Shown: piece by piece, positions 38,346-51,772 of the stretch
Layout: each line of letters begins with the position of its first letter
How positions within the stretch are numbered: the stretch's first letter is position 1
Source: Laetmonice hystrix
Taxonomy: Eukaryota
Assembly: GCA_965235115.1 (NCBI GenBank)
Contig: OZ249444.1
Span: 21,204,001-21,268,000, forward strand
Direction: 5' to 3'
DNA length: 64,000 bases
The notes under the pieces: model-generated
The model's input: only the letters and a program-made list of their open reading frames with translations
Told to the model about the DNA's origin: nothing
Databases searched by the model: none
Program-made: the position numbers and the translations under genes

Positions 38346-41300
38346 ATGACCATCTACACCCCTAAACCTGCCGAGAAGAAAGGTGGTGGCGACGCGCCAG
38401 AGCCCGTGGTGGTGGTTGACCCCTCGGTAAGTGCATCTGACGTTGATCCCTCGCTCGGTCCCTCACCCCTCCCACCGTCCACTGTCAGTGTCACTCCGTC
38501 CACTGTCACCTCCAATAACGACGGCACTGTACGACGAGTACGTAGGCTCAGCCTATTTTGGTCCCCTATTTTTATTTTGTATGTTGTTTAACGCAGTTAG
38601 CAACGGTACAGACGGATCAGGATCAGAATATTAATGTGTCAAACCTCGAGGTCGCTGAAATTGAATGTCCACACTACCACAGATCTGAAACTGAAACACT
38701 TTAATTGACTAGAATAGAAATTAGTTGTAGAATAGAATCAGAATGAGATACAAATGATCTAATTCAGTGTTGCCAACTCTCACGGAATTTCCGTGACCCT
38801 CACGCTCGTCACGGATTTTGATGGGCAGAGCCCATGAAGTTCATGGCTCATGCGGGAAAGACGTGGAGTCTACTCAGTATCTCACAGAATTTTAGGCAAA
38901 TAGCTTCTTTTTTTAAATTTCACCCATAATGAACCAATGTATTCAAATTTTGGGCAAATGTTGTTTTTTTTAAATTTCACCCATAATGCCAACATAAGCA
39001 CTGTCAATGTATCCAAATATAACCCCTTGGAAAATGCACAGAATGCACCATTTTTAACATAAGATTTCAAATCAGACCCCCTCCCCCTATGGGCCCTAGT
39101 ATGGCTTCGCACCTCCGGTGCTCGTCGTGCTCACCAAATTTTTTTTCTCCAGGTTGATAAAACTGCTAATCTCAGACCCTGTCTTTTGATGGGCGCCATG
39201 GTGCTTGTGACTGTAAGTGTAAGCGCCCGTGATTGTGAAGTTAGGAGCGCTATACATGGCCCCCGTGATAGCTTCCAAGGCCCTAGGCCCTATAGTCCTG
39301 CACCGTAAATTGGGAACTTGGAAGGGCAACCAGTTCAACCCCCACTTGAAACCCCAGAACATGTTATTATATCGTTCTAGGTGATAATAGTGTGGGCAGT
39401 TAGTCTTAATATTTATGCAAACCCGAATGTTATAAAAATAAATCATTATTTTATAGTTAGAAAGTGTTATTTTAGAGCGCTGCTGCTCAAAACCCAGTGT
39501 ACTGGCCGGGTGTCTTGGGCTGGTAGAGCCGTCAACACGTTCGTTGTCATCGCTTGGGCCAGAGACTGGCCGGCGATAACGTCCTCATAATCTGCATTGG
39601 CTACAATTTTATAGCCTGGGTTCGATCTGTTTGTGCTTTCATTGTCACCTGTGACATCATAGTATAGTTAACTACGTATTTTGATACATAATATTACAAT
39701 GTTTCACTGACAAAAAGACAGTGCGTGCCTCGTTAAGTCAACTGTGGCTGTGACGTCATAGATAGGACGTGCGGCACAGTCGTGACGACTAACGTAGACT
39801 GCACTATTTTGCTGTCTAGCTCTCGTTTTATTAAAAGATGGATTAAAATAACTACAGAAGCAGAGACTTCGAAGGTCAGTAGATAGTCTCAGAAAATTAT
39901 AGCATTATAATACCTCCGTAAACATCACTGTAGGCCTCTGGTCCTACACAGCTTAGATTGGAGCCTGGCTGTCTATTGACTGTATTGTGATATTTAACGT
40001 CATTGTCAAAGTTTGGGGAACTTTTAAATTTCCAAACAAAGCTCGCTGTATTCAAAACTATAAGGAATCTCGCTAAAAGAAAGATATCTATGGAGACCTT
40101 ACGATGTGGGGAATAATTCTGGGTACTTTTTTGTACAGGTCGTCGCGACAGATTTTGCGTGACAAACGCTCGAATCTTGAAAGGTCACGAGTTTTGCGAC
40201 TTTTTGAGAAACTTCTACGTTTTTCAAACACCTCTGTAGAAATTATAACTTAGCAACCTGGTGTAATTTTTATACTGATAAATAGCCTGCAGTCTCTAGT
40301 TTTATTTGCTACCATTCCTTAAGTAATTGACTGAGATTCCGCGTCACGAGAAGGGTTTTGATGCGCCGATGTTGAAAAAACTAAGTTTTTAGTTCCCAAA
40401 ACTTGGTGCAGGATTATAGACCCTACAACATGTATTATAAGGATATGACTCTCATAGCTCCTGTCACTATTTCCCAGAGAGTCACTGATGGTGCTTGTGC
40501 TGTTTTCAAAAGACAGGGTCTGTAATCTGTAAATTAATCAGTCTGTTGTAGTTGACTTGTAGGCAGACTTCAAAGGCGGATCCAGAGGGGGGCACAGGGG
40601 GCATGTGCCCCCCCCCCCCTTAGCTTCACTCATAGATTTTAGGCATATATATGCTATAGCCTACTCGTTTTTAAATAATTTTAACACTGACGGTGTATCT
40701 CGGGGAAACCCCGAGCTATATTATGTAGGCCTATACCTCTAAAACTCTCATTCAAGAGCATTCAGCTTTAATTAGAAATGCAAACAATCATGAATTACTT
40801 TTCTGTGCCCCCCCCCTTTAGTGAAATTCTGGATCTGCCAGTGGACTTATGTAGCTTCTATAATTAGTGTTGCTTTGCTGTCTTTGGTTTCTTAATTTTA
40901 TTTTTGGCATGTATGATGTTGGTAGTCGATCTACTAAACATGGTTAAACGGCTGGTAAAGTAGGCCGTCGGCAAGGCGGCACCCCCTCCCCTGCCGTTAA
41001 GTTAAAACCAGAACGTTCCCTATGTATACGTTAAGCTACTAACTCTTCTTGACCTTAGTAAGATGGGTTTTAACCAGCCTAGTTAATGATGATTTCTGGT
41101 TATTAACCAGCTGTGAGTTAACCAGATAGGGGTTAACGATGTTCAGTAAGACCGGGCCCTGTAAGGCCACTATAGTCTAGACAGTATAATTTAGTACAAT
41201 GTGTATGTATATCATTGTCAGTCAGTGGTTAGAGTCTTTAATAGACAAGCCTAGTGCAGCACAGCCTTTTACCGCTGTTGCTACAGAACCCTGCATTACA

Positions 41301-44300
41301 ATAAGTTTTATTTTCTCAGTTCCTTTTCCTAAGAAAGCAGGAAGAGAAACTATAGAGTGAGTCATCTTGAAACCTGGGCAGATTATGTGGGCTGTCCTGG
41401 GTGGCAATGCATTCCAAATACACAGCAATGACTTGACATTTTCTTGCTGGGTAGGGCATGATTTAATGAGTACTAAATTGCATAGAAAATTTTGCTACTG
41501 GGATACAAAATGGCATTTGCATGGCATTTGCTTTACATGCATAGCAGATAATGAAACAAAATTGAAGTTAATAGTTAATCATTTTAAAATGACAACTTTA
41601 TTGAAGAAATGTAATTATGGAATGCACTGTTACTACTAGGTACTTCTAGCAGCTGGTAGTTACACAGAAATGAAAGGTTTCAGAACTTTATTATCTGTTA
41701 GTCATTAATTAATCTGAATTGGTGTCGGCATGGACTGGCAAAAGTCACAAACTAAAGGCTGACCTACATTGGGAACAGCAATCTGAGCGAATGTCAACAA
41801 ACCGTAGTACTAATCTAGTACTGTGGATTTGGACTCAATCAATCAGCCTGATTGAGCACACGGGTATCATTTTATCACATTTTTTACAAAACAATTTTTG
41901 TGTTACATCGAAAATGGGTCGAAATGAATCATAATTTGTGATGTGATACCGGTTAAAACAAAAGTCTAGCCCTGCTGGGGCATTACTGTCTCTCTTTTGA
42001 GTTTTGTGCACAGACCACAGTTATTGAACTGCATTTTCAACAGATATGGTTCGCTATTTCAGGGTGATAATATTCAATCAAATAAATTCAATATTTATAA
42101 GCAAGAGATGTCAACAAAATTATGCTGTGATACAGAAGGCCATGCTATTTAGACTCAAGCAGTCGCAGATCTTTTTAGATTTACAGCTGAGACTTGGGGA
42201 AGAATATGTACCTAAATTTAAATTATACACTATCGAAGTATGTGTCACAGGTTTAAGACCAGCCAGGAATGGCCTTCTCTAAAAGCAGGTTTTAGACTTG
42301 AGCACTGCAGCAAGTGGCATTAGTAGGCACCATCTCAATGCCAGTAGTTCTTATAATCCTGGTAGCAAACAGCCGTAGTGCAGATGGAATGGTCTGTTAT
42401 TCTAGTTTTTTATCTGGGGTCTATTGTATTTCTATGGTTACCAGGACATGTATCCCAGGCAGGTTAATAGGGGCTGACGGGGTTCTCCTTTAATGGGCCA
42501 TCAGGCGAGCAGCTTGAAAGAGCATCCAAGGGAAGAGTGGCCAGAAGAGCTTATTGTTTCTTGGCTCCATGCAGCACCACCTGGGGACCCGGACCAGAAC
42601 CATAGAATGGCCAGCATCTCAAAGTGAGAGGACCTTGAATCCCATTGCCGGTGCGGTTTGTTGACAGCCTTGGATGAGTTATTATTGACAGGGCCTGGTC
42701 AGTAGGATTACGGCAGACATCACCGCTATTGATTACAGCCTGCCTCTCACGTCCCAAGGGGGCCCATCCAATGAAAAAAAAATGCTGATTTATCAAGACT
42801 TGGTCCTGCGACATGCAATCAGGGAAACAAAACAGAACGGTGGACGTGGCGACCGTGGCCATCTCCTGCGGGGATTCCTGCCACCGATCAGTCAGGCGGT
42901 GGAGAAGCAGATGAAGATCCTAGACATGTATAGGAAGTGATAGGGTTGTATGAAGTGGGGTTTGTGGCAGGCCGACTGGTTGGATGGAGAACTGATCTGT
43001 GGCTTGCAGGACCTGCCCTGGGAAGTGATAGGACAGCATAAAATGTGACAAAGCAGGCACTAGTGACCTATATCTGCCCCATTACTTACTGCAATATTAT
43101 TGTCCACCACCTAACTTATTATGGTATAGTCCGACTTATTTTGGATCCTGAGCTCCGGACAGAGGCTCAGATATCGTTCCGCGCTGGCAGAGCTCGCCTA
43201 GAGCTAGCCTAGTTGGGTTGAGCCACTATTTCAGCAGACAGCTGAAAGAAAAGGTTTGACGGAAAAAGATTAGTTGACTACCACTACCAGTGGTACCCTC
43301 CAGACTGAACATACCTGGACTGATGCATAATTTGTGATTGCTGTGAAAAGGGGCCAGACCCAAGGCCATAATACTCGCGGTATTAGCATAGAAAGTGCTT
43401 TAACAGCTTTAAAAGGTCCAAAAGGGTTAAATATTAAAGAAGAATTCATCCTTTCTTGGGGGGCGAGGGGGGGGGGATTCTTATTTAAAACATAACACGT
43501 GTCACTTTGTGCTGGATTTGGGCTACGGTGTTGAATGCGGTTATGAAACCGCGGTTATAACAAGGATTATGGGAGAGGCACCGCATCTGTGTAGCCTCGA
43601 TAGTAAATCTTCGTGAAGTTTTTCATATGAAGAGATATCTCTGAAAGAAAGACATGGTGGGGCTGTTTGTTAGGTTGTGATTTCTCCATAATCCATATTG
43701 TCTCTGAAGGATCTTCATGCCACCTTCAGCATCACTGGGCAAAGCATTAAAAGTTGTAACATTGTAAGTGAGAGTGGACTGCTTAACCCTTTGAACCCGA
43801 TTGGCCGAATTTCCAGCCAAAGTACATTTTAAAATATATACCGATTGGCCAGTTTTCCGGCCAGCTCGTTAAGCTTAATTTAATGGCCAGAAAAAAAGTC
43901 TAGGTATATAGAGAAATGATCAATAATGGTTCAGGGTTCAAAGGGTTAAAGATGTGTAATTCTAAGCAAAATCTTATCAAGATTCCAAAAACCTGTATAT
44001 CACCCAGGTGCAAACAATTCATTCCTATATGTAGTTAAAGTAATTCCGGAATTCATTCAGAAAAAAAATCCAACAAATTTATGCATTGGTTTTCTTCATA
44101 AATGTTCTTAAAACTCATGATGTGCAGGTATAGAGCTCTCTCATATCCTCACTTTATTGGCCAGACCTAGCCTGGAAAAAAAGTTTTTCTTATTTACAGT
44201 TCATGTTAAAACGCAATTTTGGTAGATAATCCTTATCTGCAGGTGACATGTTGCCCCCACAGTCTCTGCCAAGTAGGGACTTATTATTAGCTACTGATTA

Positions 44301-47192
44301 TAACAAATTATGTTGGTGCTATTCTCAGTCACTGTTCCCATAAACATGCTCATGGTCACACCTGTAGAAAACCTGTTATACAGGTATTTTTATGATGTTC
44401 AACTGCATTTACATGTGCCACTGAAAAGGCCCAACAAAATCTTAAACAATTTATTAAATGATCTCTGTGGATAATGTACGAGCCGTTAGAAAGGGCTAGA
44501 TAACATGCTGGCAGAAGCTGTCCATAGTCCAACATTATAAGAACAAATCAATCGGTACAGTTCGCAATGCCAGAAAAAAATTATTTCCACCTGTCAAATT
44601 CTACACAGGTAGGACTCAGGGACTGTGTAGTTTCATGCCTTCCAAAGTCTACGGGTTAGATTTAGAGTAGTAGCAGAGATCAAAGTTTATAGTACTCCTT
44701 CAGAAAATCATGAAGTTCAATGCGAATGTTAGATGTTTTATGGCATGGGGTTTTCACTGCAGGGGACTCGAGAAACAACGTTGTATAGATCTATAGTCGC
44801 TTTGCAAACCAAAAGTAGGATGCTGATCAATATTATAATGCAGGATAATCAGTGATCCTTACTATCATTTCAAGTATTTTTTTTCTGTATTCTATTTTGA
44901 ATGTTTGTTTAATAGCTTCATCCGTTGCCTGCTGTTGTTTCTTGTTCCGTTGTTTATTCCGTTTAGAACTAGTCTAAGCACTTAATATATTTTCCCCTTA
45001 AATCTGCTTGTTTCAGATTGACTCTGGTGTTCTTGATTTTCTTCTCCAGGTAAATGTTAATTCAGGAGATAAGAAATTTGCTAAAACTTCTGCTTCTCCC
45101 CCTTTATTTTCATACTTAGGCTAAGTGCTTTACATTTCATCAAAGCTAACATATTTTTATTGTACAGCGTACCCTTATTCCACATACATCTGAAATTAAA
45201 GTTTCCTAAACGACATATATCTGATCTGTCCTGTTCTACTCTGTCCGTGCATGCAACCATTTGGATCTTTTCATATTATTGCTACTTCCTTTTATATCTG
45301 TTTTTAAAATTTACATTTAATCATCATTTATTTTGATTATTTAGTGATAGATGTCGTATTCTTGGAAGTGAATTAGAAAATTATACTTTAGGGAACTTAT
45401 GGCAATTATACTTAGTCACGCTAAACACTGCATGTAGAATTTACCATGCTGCAACTTAGGAGGGATTGCAGCAGCTTTTCTTCTTCCCACAATTTATCAA
45501 TTTGGATTTCATTTCTTCTACAACTCCCAGGCCCCCCCCCCCCCAATCCCCTTTCCTCTCAGACAGGGTTTCACCGCCGACCGGCTTAACAATTTCCGTG
45601 TCCCTGCATTACTATCGTGGGCACTATCAAGAAAGAAAACACACCACTCCCCTTTGAAATTCTTGAGGACGCATATAGTGAACTGCATTCGTTGAAGTGC
45701 ATTATAGGTACCCTACTTGCAGTGTTTCCCAAGGGCCATTTCTCGGTATGATTACCAATGTACTATCAAATGTGCATAGAATCACTGTAAGAAATTTATC
45801 CCCTTATTGTACTAACCCTACCTTTAAGAGCTGAATTCCGTCTAGTTTGGTAATAGACCCATTCTGTTCAAATAACTAATGTATAAGATTACTCTAGTTC
45901 TCCCACAATTGGATTTTAATTCAGTTAATGCCAGTGTCTTCTTTTGCAAATTGTGTAATTCTGAAAGTGAAACTAGGTCATGGCAGATTGAGGCCTACTT
46001 GTACCGGGGAATGAAAGGCGTTTCACACAAAAAGTATTCACTTCTAAATCGTTGATACCTTTTGCTGAATTGACAACTTTTCTAATATTTCAAGAATGAT
46101 GTGTTAAGTTTCGACTGACTTATTCCTCCTGTGTTGGTGTTTTATCAGGTTGAGAAGAAGGATAATGATGTCAATCATGCCGTAGCGCCCCCTACATTGG
46201 TGACAGTCAGTTCACGAGCAAGGCGAAGTGGCTGCGCCAACGTCTGCGTCTTACTGACGGCCCTGGTCGTGTTGGCCACTGGAATCATCGGTGGAATATA
46301 CTTGTACAAACATCTGGCACAGAGGGTGCGTATCTTGACTCAGGCAGTCCAAAAAGTAACAGACGTCATGATTTCAAGCAAATAATGAATCCCATATCCT
46401 GCGGTTATAAGTTGGTCTCAAAGAAATATATACTGTATTTAAGTAATAGATAAAAAACACCTGCTTGTCTTTGTTTTGTTACACCGCATGATATGTAGAT
46501 CTGTGGAATCAGAAATAAGCATTGATGCATGCATCTTAACCAGTACACAACACAGTCAATTTGAATGGCTCCCAAATTCTTACAATATGTCCGGCGTTGA
46601 TTTGGTAAATTGGTAGTAAGTACTGCCGGGAAGCTAAGACTGGGTTCATCGTTCAGTGCAAAATATGAGAGTTTGGGAAAGCCACAAAATTTCTCTCCAA
46701 GCGTTGGCCTAAATAAGAAATGTTAGTTCACATCTTTCCATCATCTAGCTTTTGACTTTTGAACTCGTCTCATTCTAATCTGGAGTGTTTGTTTAGGGTG
46801 TTGGAAAAAACTACCATGATAGCAACAGTATGGCAGTTTATGGTAGATGCAATTAAAGTGGTTTTTTTATCCGAAGTTTCCAATTCTTTGTTTGGTAGCA
46901 AAATATGAAGTGACCTACTGCGATGGTATTAAATTAATGAACGTGGTGTTTTGAATACCTGCAGACATTCCGAGGCTGGTGTGGGGTGAAATATTACGAG
47001 TACCGTGACCCGGAAGGATATGGAGGCCGTTCTCAGGGTCATCACCAGGGAGACTTACGTCACACTCAGCGCTATTATGGCCAGTTTGAGGAGAAAGTAG
47101 AAATAGACAAGGAACAAGGAAAGTATGAAAAAATTGATGTGCCAAACTTGGAAGAGTCGCGACGTGCCACGATCCTGCATGATTTTGAGAGG
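38346..47192 (+). CDS. ITM2: Integral membrane protein 2 (ITM2/BRI2 family, BRICHOS domain), 3'-partial
   Basis: Exons 38346-38426 (MTIYTP...VDPS|gtaagt), 46149-46325 (single TM VCVLLTALVVLATGIIGGIYLY), 46965-47192 (FRGWCGVKY...FEEKVEID...YEKIDVP...ATILHDF|gtaagt); all phase 0. Type II topology and start of BRICHOS domain; later exons not found. Confidence 0.82.
38765..39165. mobile_element. Older MITE, about 400 bp, CAGTGTTGCCAAC-type ends, near-perfect 6-bp TSD
   Basis: Left CAGTGTTGCCAACTCT, degenerate right CAGGTTGATAAAACTG; flanks CTAATT and CTAATC. Confidence 0.55.
40571..40843. mobile_element. MITE, 273 bp, CA..GGC(G/A)GATCCAG TIR, 5-bp TSD GACTT
   Basis: Left CAAAGGCGGATCCAGA, right TCTGGATCTGCCAGTG; GACTT at 40566-40570 and 40844-40848; subterminal TGCCCCCCCC blocks. 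Confidence 0.7.
40921..41161. mobile_element. Degenerate MITE remnant (possibly PIF/Harbinger-like)
   Basis: Right end GTTAACGATGTTCAGTAAGACCGGGCCCTG has an imperfect inverted partner GTAGTCGATCTACTAAACATGGTTAAAC; internal TTAACCAG repeats; no TSD resolved. Confidence 0.4.
43787..43945. mobile_element. piggyBac-like MITE, 159 bp
   Basis: TTAA|CCCTTTGAACCC ... GGGTTCAAAGGG|TTAA: 12-bp perfect TIR with TTAA duplication. Confidence 0.85.
45017..45049 (+). CDS. Candidate 33-nt ITM2 microexon (IDSGVLDFLLQ), phase 0/0
   Basis: Acceptor ttttccccttaaatctgcttgtttcag, donor CAG|gtaaat; open and frame-preserving between phase-0 exons 1 and 2. Confidence 0.5.
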
Positions 47193-48465
47193 GTAAGTGA
47201 ACAATTACTGGTAGATCAAATTGCTTGTATAATTGATAAATAGCTTTTATTGACTACCTAGGGCCAGGAATTTTTGACAACACAATGCATCAATTCAAGG
47301 TAATGGAGCCTTTCAGTGACAGCCTAGTTGTGGCCCTTGGGTGTAATGTCTTTAATTCTACCACCAAGATTGCACGCTTGATGATATGTGTGGTGGTGCT
47401 CAACGTTTTGTGTAACAATTTGTCGTCACTATTCCATGCAGGAAGGGGGGCATGCGAGTCCTGATTGTCATTGTGAGATATATTCTCCTGGGTGAAACGA
47501 GTTCCTTTTGACATTGTCATTTGGGAATATAGAAATAGTTTTATTCATTCACATTACATTGAGGACAATGGAACAGAGGATCAACACAAGTGACTAGACA
47601 ATCATACAACTAAAGTTGACTTCGTCCTAATATAGTAGTAATTATATTGTATAAATATTATTATAATATCCTTATAATTCTTATATCCAGCCTGGAATGA
47701 TGATAGTTTGCAGCGATATGACTTGTTCTCCACCACCGGTGGAAGGAAGTTGTGATATGGGGAGCTCAGGATCTAAAGATCAGTGTGAGGGAAGATGATG
47801 GGGAGGGTGTGTATACTAGTGTGGGAACTCCAGCCGTGTGGGGTGGGGGTGAAAAGGAGAGGGGGTAGGAGGAGTTGGGGCGGAATGATTAGATGATGGA
47901 GATGGCCAGGGACCACACTCTGTGTTATATCACGAACAGCGCCGACAAGGACTGGTGGAGCGTGCTGACCCATCCCGATAACAGATGGTAGCTCACCAGT
48001 GCCATCTGTACCCGGCTACATCTGTGTATGTCATCCCACCCACCACTTGCATGCCATCACCGACAGATGGCAGTAAATTATATTCCTGCCATGGTTTCGA
48101 GATGACAACGGAATCTTACGTAGAACTGCAAGTAATTTTGATATCAAGATTAAGTATCTCAGACATCTGGAAGTGTTTTGGAGATCCAGATACGGATTGA
48201 CAGCTTTGGAGATTTAAATCTTTCATCACAGTCCTACTCACGTGGTACCGTTTTAAAACATTACAATTAGCGGTAATCGTTTATTATGAAATTCACCCAG
48301 CTCCAAATGAATTAGATTGTTCTCATAAGAAAAGGCTCTTCTTAAATCTGTCAGGCCAAATTATGGAGTGTCTTGAATCGACTACGGGAAAGGTATTATT
48401 AACCAGTACTCAGAATTGGAATAAGTCACTATGGAAACCTCACATTGCATAATAATGAATAGAAA

Positions 48466-49487
48466 AGCTCATAGTTGGCAGTGAGCACAGGTTGATAGAG
48501 GAAGATCACTGCTAGAACATCAAGTTAATATTTCAGTCAGCTCATAGTTGGCAGTGAGCACAGGCAGATAGAGGAAGATCACTGCTAGAACATCAAGTTA
48601 ATATTTCAGTCAGCTCATAGTTGGTAGTGAGCACAGGTTGATAGAGGAAGATCACTGCTAGAACATCAAGTTAATATTTCAGTCAGTTGGCAGTGAGCAC
48701 AGGTTGATAGAGGAAGATCACTGCTAGAACATCAAGTTAATATTTCAGTCAGCTCATAGTTGGCAGTGAGCACAGGTTGATAGAGGAAGATCACTGCTAG
48801 AACATCAAGTTAATATTTCAGTCAGCTCATAGTTGGCAGTGAGCACAGGTTGATAGAGGAAGATCACTGCTAGAACATCAAGTTAATATTTCAGTCAGCT
48901 CATAGTTGGCAGTGAGCACAGGTTGATAGAGGAAGATCACTGATAGAACATCAAGTTAATATTTCAGTCAGCTCATAGTTGGCAGTGAGCACAGGTTGAT
49001 AGAGGAAGATCACTGATAGAACATCAAGTTAATATTTCAGTCAGCTCATAGTTGGCAGTGAGCACAGGTTGATAGAGGAAGATCACTGATAGAACATCAA
49101 GTTAATATTTCAGTCAGCTCATAGTTGGCAGTGAGCACAGGTTGATATCTAGAGGAAGATCACTGATAGAACATCAAGTTAATATTTCAGTCAGCTTATA
49201 GTTGGCAGTGAGCACAGGTTGATAGAGGAAGATCACTGATAGAACATCAAGTTAATATTTCAGTCAGCTCATAGTTGGCAGTGAGCACAGGTTGATAGAG
49301 GAAGATCACTGATAGAACATCAAGTTAATATTTCAGTCAGCTCATAGTTGGCAGTGAGCACAGGTTGATAGAGGAAGATCACTGATAGAACATCAAGTTA
49401 ATATTTCAGTCAGCTCATAGTTGGCAGTGAGCACAGGTTGATAGAGGAAGATCACTGCTAGAACATCAAGTCAATATTTCAGTCAGC
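48466..49487. repeat. 73-bp homogeneous tandem repeat, about 14 copies
   Basis: Unit agctcatagttggcagtgagcacaggttgatagaggaagatcactgctagaacatcaagttaatatttcagtc at 48466, 48539 and onward; no unique spacers. Confidence 0.97.
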
Positions 49488-51772
49488 AGTGACGTCTGTA
49501 CTTCCTAATCAGTCAGATCAATATGAATTACCACGCCAATTACCTTTCCCAACCGTATGACCCGCGCCATTCCTCTTATATGAGTGTATTCATGATAAAT
49601 AGACCATGGCAGGGGGCATTAATTATAAGACGTGATCATAATAAACATCGTAATATACCAGTATTTAATTAGTAGGCTGTCAGAGTCATGATGAAAGCCA
49701 TACTTAGCCCCGTACCTTGGCCAGGTCTCTCTACTCCAGTGTGAATTTACTTTGCAGTGCTGAGATAACGATATAAGACCTGTGTTTGATATATATGGAC
49801 GTTGATCTCTCTTATATATCTATATGAGGTCTGATATAAAATCTAGTTGTACCTGTGTATGTACACGTATCTCTTAACCCGTGTGCTGTGAATATATGAG
49901 CGGAGGGGTTAATGTTAACAAGACTATTAGATGAAATCCCCATTCGTTTATATTGTCAAGCTGTGGTCATGGCAGGATTATGGTGATTGAGGGGGGTGAT
50001 AGTGTTTCTGTTTTAATTCTGTACAAGGATTGTGTAATCGAGTTCATTTGTTGAGTGAGTATTTTATAAGACATGGCGATCCATTACAATTTACAGTTTT
50101 TGTACAGTATCCATCTGAACTGTGCATCTCGAATAACAAAATGACATTAGGCAACTGTACGCTGAAATCAGACCTGAGTAGTCTGTCACCCAGTCAGTTC
50201 AGTACTAGCGAGCCGTATTGCTAAGATCATTGTTGATGGAGAGATCCCCATCCATATTGTCTATCTGGAGGATATGATGTATTCGTGCACAGATATAGCT
50301 GAGAGTAAGCCGTATCACTGTAGGTAGGGACTGAATGCCGTCAACATCACGTATATTAATGTCCCTTTGCTAGTTGTAATAACTTGTATCGTCGCTGTGG
50401 AAGATAAGGTATCAAAAATGAAAAAAAAAAATGTTACATGTAGATAATACGTTCTGGAAGGTCAGCCCCAGTGTTAGTTAGATATTTAATTTTGCGCAGA
50501 CTTATTTTTGACGGCTGCATCAATAAAGGGATGCCCAGAGTAACAGATCCACGGTATCTAGGTCCTCTATGAAAGTGTGTTTCGCCGAAGGGATGCTTGA
50601 TTTGATAAAGAAGAGTGGACCCGCACCCAAACTGCTCTCACGCTGTGTGTGGGCGGGCAAAGCGGTTCACCCAGCACTCAGAGTCGGGACGTTGGTGCGG
50701 ATCAGTTGGTGACCTGGAGAGGACTGGCTGTGGGATAAATTTAAAAATAAGTCCTCCTTCAACTGGGCATCTGTTCAATCCGTACATCAGGCCCAGTGTG
50801 TTTATTTTAGAGCATTTGAAGCCTGAGGACTGGGAAGAAAGAAAAGCTGCGGTTTTACACACTGTCAACCAATGCGGCAAGGCGTAGGCGTGTCACCCAT
50901 TGCCGCAGAACGTGTCAACCTATTGCCGCAGGATGTGGCAGTTCTAAGGCCGTGCTTCAGCTTGTAGCCACGACTGGTTGTCTTGTCTCAGAGAAAGGCG
51001 TAGTGGGAGGACACTGTCAGCATGCACTCAGACCCCCTCAACCCCCAGCCATGAGAAGGGAGAAAGACGTCCTCCCTCCCTCACTGACACCTCCTGCGTG
51101 ATGTATTAGGGGGGTGTACTTGGTAGTAAGTAGGTTGCAGCATGTTGAAACTGAAGAGCTTTCAGTTTCAACACTCGGACTGGTTTCCAGTTTGAACAAC
51201 TCCTTGTGAATGTGATAAGGACAGGGAACGTGGGGAATCCAAATTAACGGAAACCGGACATGTGGAAGACTTCTGCCAGATAACCCATCTTGAACCGTGC
51301 GAGCGACACTTTCTCAATCACAGACAGCTTCGGGAAAGGATTATCGTCAGGCATGTTAACCATTTTGTAAGTCAGAACGTATGAACATAAATGTCTACAT
51401 GTATGTCATTCCTGGACGGAACTCCACGGCTCTTACTGTATTTTTTTTTTTTTTTTTTTTTTAAACAAGACTTTGTAGAATTGACAAATCTTCCCCAAGG
51501 CAATTTATTCCAGATGGGGATTGGATTTTCCCAAATGATTTCTTTTCATCCCTTAGAGAGTTATATTACGAGCATCTTAATATATGGCTGGAAAGCCTTT
51601 AAAGAGGAGGGTTTCTTCATAACTAGCTGACAGACAGGTCTCTAAAATAGAAAGGTCTCTAATTTACCCTGGCAGGAAAGTCTCTAAATTACCGTGACAT
51701 GAATTAAGGACTGTGCATGATCCGCAGAGGGGAGGTCTCTACATAACTCTGACAGAAAGTCTCTGATTCTGA

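Noticed and set aside
42981-43003. TGGATGGAGAACTGAT, similar to miR-184
   Set aside because: Seed mismatch, divergent 3' half and no complementary arm to form a precursor.
48466-49487. CRISPR-like array
   Set aside because: Contiguous near-identical units with no unique spacers and no cas genes, in a eukaryotic context.
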